From assembly GCA_963666275.2 (NCBI GenBank), contig CAXXOA010000001.1:864001-928000 (forward strand): a DNA stretch of 64,000 nucleotides, read 5' to 3'. Positions 49,080 to 57,887 of the stretch are shown piece after piece. This DNA is from Oceanispirochaeta sp. (GTDB taxonomy: Bacteria > Spirochaetota > Spirochaetia > DSM-2461). Positions within the stretch are counted from its first letter, which is position 1. Every line of letters begins with the position of its first letter. The notes below the pieces were generated by a model. That model saw only the letters and a list, made by a program, of their open reading frames with translations, was not told the DNA's origin and searched no databases. A program made the position numbers and the translations under genes.

Positions 49080-51785
49080 ATGCATTTTTCTCCCTTTGAC
49101 GCTGTCAGATACACCTATAAAATCGTTCTGAAAAGATTTGTTCTCTTTGCCCTTCCTGTTCTTATGCTTTGTGGTCTGGGGCTGAGTCTTGTCTACAGAA
49201 ATCAGTATAATGCCATAATATTCGATATAGAAAAGGAGCAGGAGAGCATTGTCCGTCTCAGTAATCTTCAGCTTCGCTCCCTGATTGACGGGATCTACGA
49301 TGATCTCAATATTGTGCGCAATTCAGATGAGTTTTCTGTATTCCTGGAATCACCCGGTTCGGGAACACGGGAGGAAATCAATGGTATGTTTACCCGTTTC
49401 CTCAGAAGTAAGCCTTCCTATACCAAATTGCTCTACCTCAGTACTGAAGGAGGGGAAATCCTCAGAGTTCACAGAGCCGGTGAAAGTATCGTTACTGTAG
49501 ATGAGGAGTCTCTTCAGAGAGAAAACCATCAGTACTATATAGAGAGCCTCAGGAGCGTAGAACCCGGAGAGCTCTATGTTTCCGATCTGGACCTGAACTA
49601 TGAGAATGATCGTCCGGTCCGTCCCTATGAAATAACAGTCCGTTTTGCCATACCCGTTGTATATCAGGATGAGCGCAAAGGGTCTCTTATGGTGAATTTC
49701 AACGGTCAGAAACTTCTGGAAATTCTGACGGAATTCGAGAAAACCAACCGGGACAGGATCACTATGGGGCTTCTCAGCAGGCAGGGATTGATCAGTTTCT
49801 CTCTCCTTGAGGACAGAGAATCCCTGGGAGATGCCGTCCTCCGTGGGAAAAGTGACTCTTCGGCGGAGCTTTTTGAGCAATTTGAACAATCAGATACAGG
49901 GCATCTGGAATGGGAGGGCGTCAATTATTTCTTCAAAACCATCGAAACCGGGATCAAATTTCCTGCCCGGTTCGATAAACTGAGTGGAAACTGGTATCTG
50001 GTCAGCTCCTACAGACAGGGACTGATCCGCACCGAATCCGAGAACTTTCTGGTCCGGAACCGCTGGGTGAATCCTGTGATTCTTGCAGTACTGGGAGTTC
50101 TGCTTCTGTTGTTCATCTTTTTCTATTCCATCAGAGAATCCGAGCATTTTTATCTTGTCGCCACAGGGTATATTTCAGATTTTTCCCATGACGGGATCAT
50201 TATTACCGATGCCAATATGAATCTTATCTACTGCAACAGGGTTTTTGAAAAGACCTTCGGGTTTACTTTTGATCAGATCAGGGGCAAAAAACCACAAAAT
50301 TTCCTGAGGGGTGAGTCACAGATAAAACTCTCTGAGAAAAGCTCCGGAACCAGTATATGGGAAGGCAATGTATGGGATATGACATCCGAGGATGTGCATA
50401 TTCAGAAATTCCTCCGGGTTAAAACGGTGACCTCACCTCAGAAAGGGATCATCTTTTACATCGGGATCTATTCCGAGCCCAAAACTATTCTCAACAGCAC
50501 AGACCTGGACGAGAATCCAGGCTCTTTTATCAATGTGAATAATGATTCTCTCTCCTGTGTCTGTCCGGACTTTGATTTCATAAGCAGAAAAGATGATTCA
50601 GGGGTGGTGATCATTCTCCGCATTGTCAATGTGGGGGAAATCATCTCCTATCTCTGCGAGGAGGATGAATCCTCCTTTGTGCACCGTTTTTCGACTCTCC
50701 TCGGCACTGTCCTTTCCGGCAGGGGCCATGTAGTGGCTCCCATGGCGGGGCTTTTTGTTCTCACCGACTATATGGAGAATCCTTCCGATATTGATTCTCT
50801 TATGCTGCGGATCGAAAACTGCATCTCATCATTTCATTTCCTTCAGTCTGAACCGCCCCTGATCGAGTATGTCTCAGGAATTTCCTTTTCTCCCGATCAT
50901 GGCCGGGACGGGCATGAACTGATCAATAATGCCTTTGTCGCCCTGGAAGCTCTCACCCGTATGAAGAGTGTCAAATATCTGATTTTCAACCGGAATATAT
51001 TTGAAGAGGTCAAACAGGTCAGAATGATCCGGAACGAAGTGGACCAGGCCTTTGCCGGGGATGAGTTCCATGTGGTCTATCAGATGCAGAATGATGTGCA
51101 TACAAAAGAGCCTGTGGGGATGGAAGCTCTTGTCCGCTGGAACAGCGCCAGACTCGGACCGGTTTCCCCGGGGCTATTTGTTCCTGTGATGGAGGAGAAT
51201 CCGCAGATGATAAAGAGACTGGGAAGGCATATTCTTCAGAAAGTCCTGGATGAGTGCCGCCTGATTCTCCCTTCTGCACCAAAGGACTTTAAAATCTCCG
51301 TAAACCTTTCCTCCCAGGAGTTCAACGACTCTCAGCTTGTTGCCGAACTGGTACAGATGGTCAACGACAGTTCTGTCCCGGCAGGAAGCCTCTGTTTTGA
51401 GATTACTGAAACGATCCTTTCGGAAAATCTGAAGCATACAGGCGCCACTATAGAGTTCCTTCATAGAAACGGACTGACCGTGGCAATCGATGATTTCGGG
51501 ACGGGATACTCTTCTCTGAGCTATCTCAAGCACCTGCAGTCGGATAAGCTTAAAATAGACCGGGCCTTTATTATGGATTACCCGGAGAGGGATGACGGAT
51601 CCATACTGAAAGCCATATCCGACCTGGCTCATCAGATGGGGGTTCGGGTCATTGTCGAAGGGGTTGAAACTCCCGAGCAGCTTGCATATGTGAGGACATT
51701 ACACTGTGAGGAGTTCCAGGGGTTTCTGGAAGCCAGGCCGGTGGGGATTGATCAGATCCTCACCACTCTGGAAGCTGACCGCTGA
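49080..51785 (+). CDS. c-di-GMP phosphodiesterase (Cache-PAS-degenerate GGDEF-EAL)
   Basis: EALVRW, EITE, DDFGTGYSS, KIDRAF and EGVET; no GGDEF motif in the central domain. Confidence 0.9.
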   Translation: MHFSPFDAVRYTYKIVLKRFVLFALPVLMLCGLGLSLVYRNQYNAIIFDIEKEQESIVRLSNLQLRSLIDGIYDDLNIVRNSDEFSVFLESPGSGTREEINGMFTRFLRSKPSYTKLLYLSTEGGEILRVHRAGESIVTVDEESLQRENHQYYIESLRSVEPGELYVSDLDLNYENDRPVRPYEITVRFAIPVVYQDERKGSLMVNFNGQKLLEILTEFEKTNRDRITMGLLSRQGLISFSLLEDRESLGDAVLRGKSDSSAELFEQFEQSDTGHLEWEGVNYFFKTIETGIKFPARFDKLSGNWYLVSSYRQGLIRTESENFLVRNRWVNPVILAVLGVLLLLFIFFYSIRESEHFYLVATGYISDFSHDGIIITDANMNLIYCNRVFEKTFGFTFDQIRGKKPQNFLRGESQIKLSEKSSGTSIWEGNVWDMTSEDVHIQKFLRVKTVTSPQKGIIFYIGIYSEPKTILNSTDLDENPGSFINVNNDSLSCVCPDFDFISRKDDSGVVIILRIVNVGEIISYLCEEDESSFVHRFSTLLGTVLSGRGHVVAPMAGLFVLTDYMENPSDIDSLMLRIENCISSFHFLQSEPPLIEYVSGISFSPDHGRDGHELINNAFVALEALTRMKSVKYLIFNRNIFEEVKQVRMIRNEVDQAFAGDEFHVVYQMQNDVHTKEPVGMEALVRWNSARLGPVSPGLFVPVMEENPQMIKRLGRHILQKVLDECRLILPSAPKDFKISVNLSSQEFNDSQLVAELVQMVNDSSVPAGSLCFEITETILSENLKHTGATIEFLHRNGLTVAIDDFGTGYSSLSYLKHLQSDKLKIDRAFIMDYPERDDGSILKAISDLAHQMGVRVIVEGVETPEQLAYVRTLHCEEFQGFLEARPVGIDQILTTLEADR

Positions 51786-51786
51786 T

Positions 51787-52656
51787 CTAGGATAAAGACT
51801 GTACACCTTCCCGGCTGGAAAGGTAGTTTACATGAGTTCTGATGCCTTCCGCTTCCAGTTCCATTATCAGGTTTTTCCTGATATCCGCTTCCAGTTCCCA
51901 GGCATCACTGGGTGAGGCTGCCCAGGCGGCGATCCAGCAGGTTACCGATTTTTCTTCTGTTTTCATGACCCAGAAGGAGGGGGGTTCCACTCCCAGGTAT
52001 TTAGGGGAATTATTGGTAACTCTGAGTGCAATCTCCTCCAGTTTATCCATATCCGTTCCATAGGCTACGGAAAACTCGACATGACCCCAGATCCATTTAT
52101 CAAAAAGACTGTAGTTCAGAAAATCCGAGTAGATCATTTCGCTGTTGGGTATGACATACCTTTTCCAGTTCCAGAGCTTCACGACCGTATGGGTGGGGGA
52201 GATATCTTCTATGGTTCCGTAATTGCTGTTGATCAGAATCGTATCTCCGATGTTGACCATTTTTGAAGCAGTTATGGCAATTCCGGCCAGAAAATTTTCA
52301 ATGAACGGTTTGGCCGCCATACCTGTTATGATAGCCGCCGCACCTACCAGTATGGAAATATAGGCCTGGGGAAGCCTGTCGACAAAAGGAAAAGCAATGG
52401 CCAGGATGAAAAGGACAAGCAGAGTTGTCACTGTGACATTCTTTATTATAGTGAACCTGGCGGTAACCTTGTTTTTCGCCTGGGATTTAAATGTTCTGTT
52501 GGGATGATTCAGCGGTGTGGATGTGGAAATGGGACTTGTACTTTTCAGATCGTCGATCTTGTCTTTTCTTTTTTTAAGAGCTCTTTTAAATACAAGTTGG
52601 AGTGAAATCAGCAGAATCAGGGCAATGGATGAAAAAATAATAATCTGTGTATACAT
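51787..52656 (-). CDS. MscS-family mechanosensitive channel
   Basis: ENFLAG, IGDTI, GTIEDI, IPNS and VAYGTD. Confidence 0.9.
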   Translation of the reverse strand: MYTQIIIFSSIALILLISLQLVFKRALKKRKDKIDDLKSTSPISTSTPLNHPNRTFKSQAKNKVTARFTIIKNVTVTTLLVLFILAIAFPFVDRLPQAYISILVGAAAIITGMAAKPFIENFLAGIAITASKMVNIGDTILINSNYGTIEDISPTHTVVKLWNWKRYVIPNSEMIYSDFLNYSLFDKWIWGHVEFSVAYGTDMDKLEEIALRVTNNSPKYLGVEPPSFWVMKTEEKSVTCWIAAWAASPSDAWELEADIRKNLIMELEAEGIRTHVNYLSSREGVQSLS

Positions 52657-52796
52657 ATATCTATTCTAATAGGCTGATATTATTTGTCTATAGGATAGCT
52701 TCCTTCTCGGCAAAGCTCACGGGATAAAATCGTAAAATTCAGGAAGAAAAGCCGCAGGGAGACCCCGGATCCGGAGCCTCCCTGAAAGGTATATGT

Positions 52797-53777
52797 CTAT
52801 TCGGTGATCACTGTCTGAGCCATTGCCAGGGCTTCCGGTGTAAACGTGATACCCACTTTTTCTGCAACCGCAGTGTTCAGTATCAGGTTCATATTGGCTG
52901 TCTCACTGATAATATCAGTGGGCATTTCACTTGTATCAGCTCCCTTCAGGACCTTATCCATAACTCTCGCCGTTCTCTGTCCCACATAGTACCAGTCAAA
53001 TCCCCAGGCCGCCAGAACGGGATTTTCCATAGCCGAAGAGGGATCTGCCGAAAGCACGGGGATACCATGTTCCATGGCTGTTACAGTCAGACTGCTCAGG
53101 GCCGATACAACCGTGTTATCTGTAGAAACATAGATGGCATCCACCCGGCCCATCAGGGACTGGGTGGCGGATTTCACCTCTGCAGAGGAGTTGACGGCAG
53201 TGGCAATATATTCAAGACCCAGTTCCTGACAGGCCAGTTCTGTCTGTCTGGCCTGATACATGGCGCTGTCATCATTTCCGGAATATACCTGCCCCAGAGC
53301 CTTTACGTCTGTCAGATCCATCAAAAACTGCAGCTGCTCTACAACAGGGGTCTGGTGAGAGGTTCCGGCGATTCCCGGCTCTCCCTTTTCAAGAGAATCA
53401 ACCATTCCGGCAGAAACAGGATCCGATATGGCTGCGTAGATAATGGGAACATCTTTGATGGCCATCTGCAAAGCCTGTGTCGTAGGAGTCGCTATACCCA
53501 CGACCATATCCATCTTCTTTGATTTGAATAGGCTGGCAATCTGTGTCGCTGTGCTTGCATCGGCATTGGCATTCTGATAATCAAACTCAATATTGTCATA
53601 ACCGAGAACAGCCATTTCATCCATAATCCCCTGTGCCACCGCATCCAGGGCAGGGTGCTGTACAAACTGGGATATGCCGATTTTCAGAGTTTCATTCTCT
53701 GTGTCTTTCTGTCCTTCTCCGGATACTCCTGCAGATATCACCAGGAAAGCTATTAACAGCATTGCTGCCTTTTTCAT
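52797..53777 (-). CDS. ABC substrate-binding protein (COG2984-like, aromatic amino acid type)
   Basis: QFVQHPALD, NANAD, IATP and TDNTVVS; signal peptide. Confidence 0.88.
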   Translation of the reverse strand: MKKAAMLLIAFLVISAGVSGEGQKDTENETLKIGISQFVQHPALDAVAQGIMDEMAVLGYDNIEFDYQNANADASTATQIASLFKSKKMDMVVGIATPTTQALQMAIKDVPIIYAAISDPVSAGMVDSLEKGEPGIAGTSHQTPVVEQLQFLMDLTDVKALGQVYSGNDDSAMYQARQTELACQELGLEYIATAVNSSAEVKSATQSLMGRVDAIYVSTDNTVVSALSSLTVTAMEHGIPVLSADPSSAMENPVLAAWGFDWYYVGQRTARVMDKVLKGADTSEMPTDIISETANMNLILNTAVAEKVGITFTPEALAMAQTVITE

Positions 53778-53903
53778 GATTTTTCTCCCTATTTTAAAAA
53801 AATCTATGTTTCTTTGTGTAGAAACGTTTCTTCCTAAAAGTACAGTCTACACGGGTTTTGGTCAAGACTGTGGAAGAAAAAAAATATTTCAGGAGCAATG
53901 AAA

Positions 53904-53932
53904 TTGACACGTCAGGTCGGACTTTCTACCAT
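53904..53932 (+). promoter_or_regulatory. Sigma70 promoter giving a probable leaderless transcript
   Basis: TTGACA-17-TACCAT-7-ATG(53940), with no SD. Confidence 0.75.
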
Positions 53933-53939
53933 AGGCCCC

Positions 53940-55229
53940 ATGAAAAGCATCACTCTTCCCTATGGAGAAACCATTCAGACAAGCTCTCTTCCCGATAACT
54001 GGGAGGGGACAATGATCGAGTCGTCCTATCAAAGTGAGGAAAAATCCTTTGAGACAATGGCAGAAGAAGCCCTGGCGTCTCCCATCGCTTCTAAGCGTCT
54101 GAAGGACCTTGTGAATAAAGGGGAGACTGTCTGCCTGGTTTTTTCCGATATTACCCGTTCCTGGCAGCAGACCCACCGGTATCTCCCTCTTCTGACGGCA
54201 GAACTGGAGAAGGGGGGAGTTCGCAGTGATGATATTACACTTCTCTGTGCCCTGGGCACTCACAGGCCCCACAGTGAAGAAGAGAAGAAGACGCTGGTGG
54301 GACCTCTCTACGGTAAATACCGATTTGTCGACCATAACTGTGATGACAGGGAAAACCTTGTGTACCTGGGAACAACCACCCGGGGGACAGAGGTCGAAAT
54401 CAACAGGATAGCCGCAGAAGCGGATCATCTGATTCTGACCGGAGGAATTGTATTCCATCTGATGGCCGGTTACAGCGGCGGGAGAAAATCCCTTCTTCCG
54501 GGAATCAGCAGCAGAAAAACCATAATGCAGAACCACTCTCTCAGCCTTCATCCCGAAAAGGGAAAAGGGTCTCATCCTGATATCGGCTGCGATAAAATAG
54601 AGGGAAACCATCTCCATGAAGATCTGGAAGAGGCTTCGGATTTTATCAGACCTTCCTTCCTTGTGAATATTGTGCCCGGTAAAAGCGGACCGGGAGCGGT
54701 TGTGGCCGGTCACTACCGGGAGGCCCATAAAGCCGGCTGTGCCAGACTCAGAGATTTTTTCCGCATCGGCATACCCGAAAAAAGGGACCTGGTCATTGCT
54801 TCGGCCGGGGGATTCCCCGGTGATATCAACTTCTATCAAACTGTGAAATCCCTCATAAACAGCTGTGAGGCTCTCAACCCGGGGGGACGTCTGATCCTGA
54901 CAGCACGCTGCCATGAAGGGCTGGGGAATCCGCTGATGGAGGAGATGATCCGGGATTATCCGGATATGCAGTCCCGGGAAAGTTTTCTCAGGGAGAATTA
55001 CACAATCGGCAGATTCATAGCCTATTACGGTTGTGAGGTGGCCTCCCGGTTCAAAGTCTATTTTGTTTCCGACATGAATCCGGAAGATCTTGTTCCCGCG
55101 GGAATCCGCTGCTTTACGACTCTGGAAGGGGCTGTTGATGCCTGCCGTGAGGATACGGACGGGAAGGATCTGAAGTTCTATCTGATCCCGGACAGCTCCC
55201 ACAGTTTTCCCTCTTTCGAAACTGTATAA
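53940..55229 (+). CDS. LarA-family nickel-pincer-dependent racemase/epimerase
   Basis: SDITR, ALGTHRP, HLMAGYSGGRKSLLPG and GGFPGDINFYQTVK. Confidence 0.88.
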   Translation: MKSITLPYGETIQTSSLPDNWEGTMIESSYQSEEKSFETMAEEALASPIASKRLKDLVNKGETVCLVFSDITRSWQQTHRYLPLLTAELEKGGVRSDDITLLCALGTHRPHSEEEKKTLVGPLYGKYRFVDHNCDDRENLVYLGTTTRGTEVEINRIAAEADHLILTGGIVFHLMAGYSGGRKSLLPGISSRKTIMQNHSLSLHPEKGKGSHPDIGCDKIEGNHLHEDLEEASDFIRPSFLVNIVPGKSGPGAVVAGHYREAHKAGCARLRDFFRIGIPEKRDLVIASAGGFPGDINFYQTVKSLINSCEALNPGGRLILTARCHEGLGNPLMEEMIRDYPDMQSRESFLRENYTIGRFIAYYGCEVASRFKVYFVSDMNPEDLVPAGIRCFTTLEGAVDACREDTDGKDLKFYLIPDSSHSFPSFETV

Positions 55230-55413
55230 ACAGTTTAAGCACAGGGAGGATAGCAAAACTCCTCTGATGACTTTATGAAATTCCAGTTTTCCCGGCGGTA
55301 AAAACCATACAAAAATGTCGGAGAAACCCGTTTTTTCCTAAAATAGCGGGAGGCCAGGGGCGAAATCTTTCCAGGCGGTAACAGAGAATCTCTGTTCTGT
55401 TATAATAGTCTGC

Positions 55414-57759
55414 ATGAACAAAAAGTTGGTTATTCTGATTTTAGTATTGAGCCTTTACCCTCTTGCTTCCCAATCACTCAGCGACAGTGAAATCTTCCGG
55501 GAGTACGATAAGAGGATAGACAGGATTCAGACGGATCTGGATTATGTCTGGGTTCTTATTTCCGCTGCCCTTGTCTTTTTTATGCAGCCCGGTTTTATGG
55601 CACTCGAAGCGGGTATGGCCCGATCCAAAAACTCCATCAATGTTTCCATTAAAAATCTGACAGATTTTGTTCTGGGAGTCATCGGTTTCTGGATTATCGG
55701 ATTCGGCCTGATGTTTGGTAAATCCCATGGCGGCCTTTTCGGGACAAGCGATTTTCTTATCTCCATTGAAGATCCCTGGATCGCTGTATTTTTCATGTTT
55801 CAGTCCGTTTTTGTCGGTACAGCTGCCACCATCGATTCAGGAGCTATCTGCGAAAGGGCCAAGCTGAAGCAGTATATTCTTCTGTCTTTCCTCCTCTCCA
55901 TTTTCATCTATCCCGTTTTCGGTCACTGGGTCTGGGGAAGTTTTCTTCATGGAACAGATCCCTCTACCGGAGGCATGGGTTGGCTGGAAGCCCTGGGGTT
56001 CAAGGATTTTGCCGGGTCCTCAGTCGTTCACAGTCTGGGAGGATGGATGGCTCTGGCGGGGACTATTGTTGTGGGCCCCAGACTTGGCAAATTTCAGACC
56101 GATCCGGTTACGGGAAAACCCGGGGCATCCAATACCATTTATCCCGGTGACATGCGCTTTGTATTCCTGGGGACATTTATCCTGTTCTTCGGATGGTTCG
56201 GATTCAACTGCGGCTCCACACTGACGGCAACGCCCGATATAGCCTCGATTGCACTGAATACCACCCTGGCTGCCTGTTTCGGCTGTGTCGTTTCATCCGG
56301 TCTGAGTTGGATTTTTCATCCTGAAAAGAAAATTGAAGGGACTATGATTGCCAATGGGATTCTGGGAGGTCTGGTGGCCATCACAGCGGGATGTGCCTTT
56401 GTGGATACTTTTTCCTCCGCCCTGATCGGTGCCGTGGCGGGGATCGTTGTCTACGGATCGTCTATTCTTCTGGAAAGGGTATTCAAGCTGGATGATGTGG
56501 TCGGAGCTGTGCCTGTGCATGGATTCTGCGGAGTCTGGGGCACTCTGGCCGTAGGTTTTTTTATCCGTCCGGAACTTCTTGAAGAGATGACACGTTTTGA
56601 TCAGATAAAAGTACAGGCACTGGGAGTTCTTGTCTGTTTCGGATGGGCTTTCGGTCTGGGGCTTCTGCTCTACAAACTGGTAGACAGGTTTGCCGGGGGT
56701 GTGAGAGTTTCCATGGAAGACGAGATCTGCGGTCTCAATGTGGCGGAGCACGGAGCAAAATCCACCCTTCTGGAACTGGCCAACAGCATGAACGAACTGA
56801 CAAACCGCGGCAATTTTGAAGATCACAGGGGAATTGATGTTGAGACAGGAACCGAGGTAGGGGATCTGGCTGAAATTTTCAATAAACTTATTTCAAAAAT
56901 CAGTGAAGCCCTCAAAGAGAGCCGGCAGCAGCAGGATCTGGCAGAAAAGATGCTGAGGGAATCAAGAAAACAGCAGTCCCTGGCGGAAAAAGCCCAGTCA
57001 GATCTGAAAGACAATAAACAGGCGGCAGACCTGCTCCGGAAAGAGTACATCAGGAATACAGGAGAGATGGTGGGATCCGTCATCTCACGGAATGAAGAGA
57101 TCCGGAAGATGATGGAGGATACCTCGGCCGTAACGGAGCAGATGTTTTCCTCCTCCAGCACCCTCACGGAAACTCTGAACCGCATGCTGGAGTCTCTGAC
57201 AGGGGGATTTTCAAAAATCCATGAGGTCAATTCCATGTCAAAATCCGCTTCCGGCTATGCTGTCAGAACAAGGGATGTAATCTATGAGTTGCGGGAAATC
57301 TCCAGTGAAATACGTGAGATGATCCAGTTTATCAATGATATTGCGGAAAAAACCCACGTCCTGTCCATCAATTCCGCCATTGAAGCCGCCAGAACCGGCT
57401 CCAGGGGGCATGGATTCACTGTCATTTCCAAAGAGGTTCAGCAGCTTTCGGGACAGACGACAGAGACAGCCCAGAGCATCGGGAAAAAAGTAGAGGGGAT
57501 ATCGTCCACAATTTCTACAGTGGTGGAATCCATGGACAATATTACAAATATCATCGGGCAGGTTGATCTTATGAATAATGAGATCCTTACAATTATAGAG
57601 GAGAACGAAAACTTTACCAAACTTCTAGAAAATCAGTCCCATGAGACTCTCAGCGCCGTTGAGCATGTCAGTTCGGATGTAAAAACCATGGCGGAACAGG
57701 TTTCTGAAGTGTCAGGTATCGGTCAGAAGGTACTTGGAAAACTGAAAGAGATGGGATAA
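55414..57759 (+). CDS. Ammonium transporter (Amt) fused to a methyl-accepting chemotaxis signalling domain
   Basis: FFMQPGFMALEAG, DFAGSSVVH, GWFGFN and DDVVGAVPVHG, then IAEKTHVLSINSAIEAARTGSRGHGFTVISKEV. Confidence 0.9.
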   Translation: MNKKLVILILVLSLYPLASQSLSDSEIFREYDKRIDRIQTDLDYVWVLISAALVFFMQPGFMALEAGMARSKNSINVSIKNLTDFVLGVIGFWIIGFGLMFGKSHGGLFGTSDFLISIEDPWIAVFFMFQSVFVGTAATIDSGAICERAKLKQYILLSFLLSIFIYPVFGHWVWGSFLHGTDPSTGGMGWLEALGFKDFAGSSVVHSLGGWMALAGTIVVGPRLGKFQTDPVTGKPGASNTIYPGDMRFVFLGTFILFFGWFGFNCGSTLTATPDIASIALNTTLAACFGCVVSSGLSWIFHPEKKIEGTMIANGILGGLVAITAGCAFVDTFSSALIGAVAGIVVYGSSILLERVFKLDDVVGAVPVHGFCGVWGTLAVGFFIRPELLEEMTRFDQIKVQALGVLVCFGWAFGLGLLLYKLVDRFAGGVRVSMEDEICGLNVAEHGAKSTLLELANSMNELTNRGNFEDHRGIDVETGTEVGDLAEIFNKLISKISEALKESRQQQDLAEKMLRESRKQQSLAEKAQSDLKDNKQAADLLRKEYIRNTGEMVGSVISRNEEIRKMMEDTSAVTEQMFSSSSTLTETLNRMLESLTGGFSKIHEVNSMSKSASGYAVRTRDVIYELREISSEIREMIQFINDIAEKTHVLSINSAIEAARTGSRGHGFTVISKEVQQLSGQTTETAQSIGKKVEGISSTISTVVESMDNITNIIGQVDLMNNEILTIIEENENFTKLLENQSHETLSAVEHVSSDVKTMAEQVSEVSGIGQKVLGKLKEMG

Positions 57760-57887
57760 CAGAGGGACTATGCCTCGGGACGTAAATCTGTACAGCCTCA
57801 CGGGAAAAATCCCTCCCTCCTATTGCATTCTCTCCGGGGTAAATTATACTTTATAGTAAACACCCTATTGAGAGAGACGGTTTATCA

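Noticed and set aside
53889..55256. 455-aa minus-strand ORF
   Set aside because: It is antisense to the well-supported LarA-family gene, has no recognisable motifs and is a shadow ORF.
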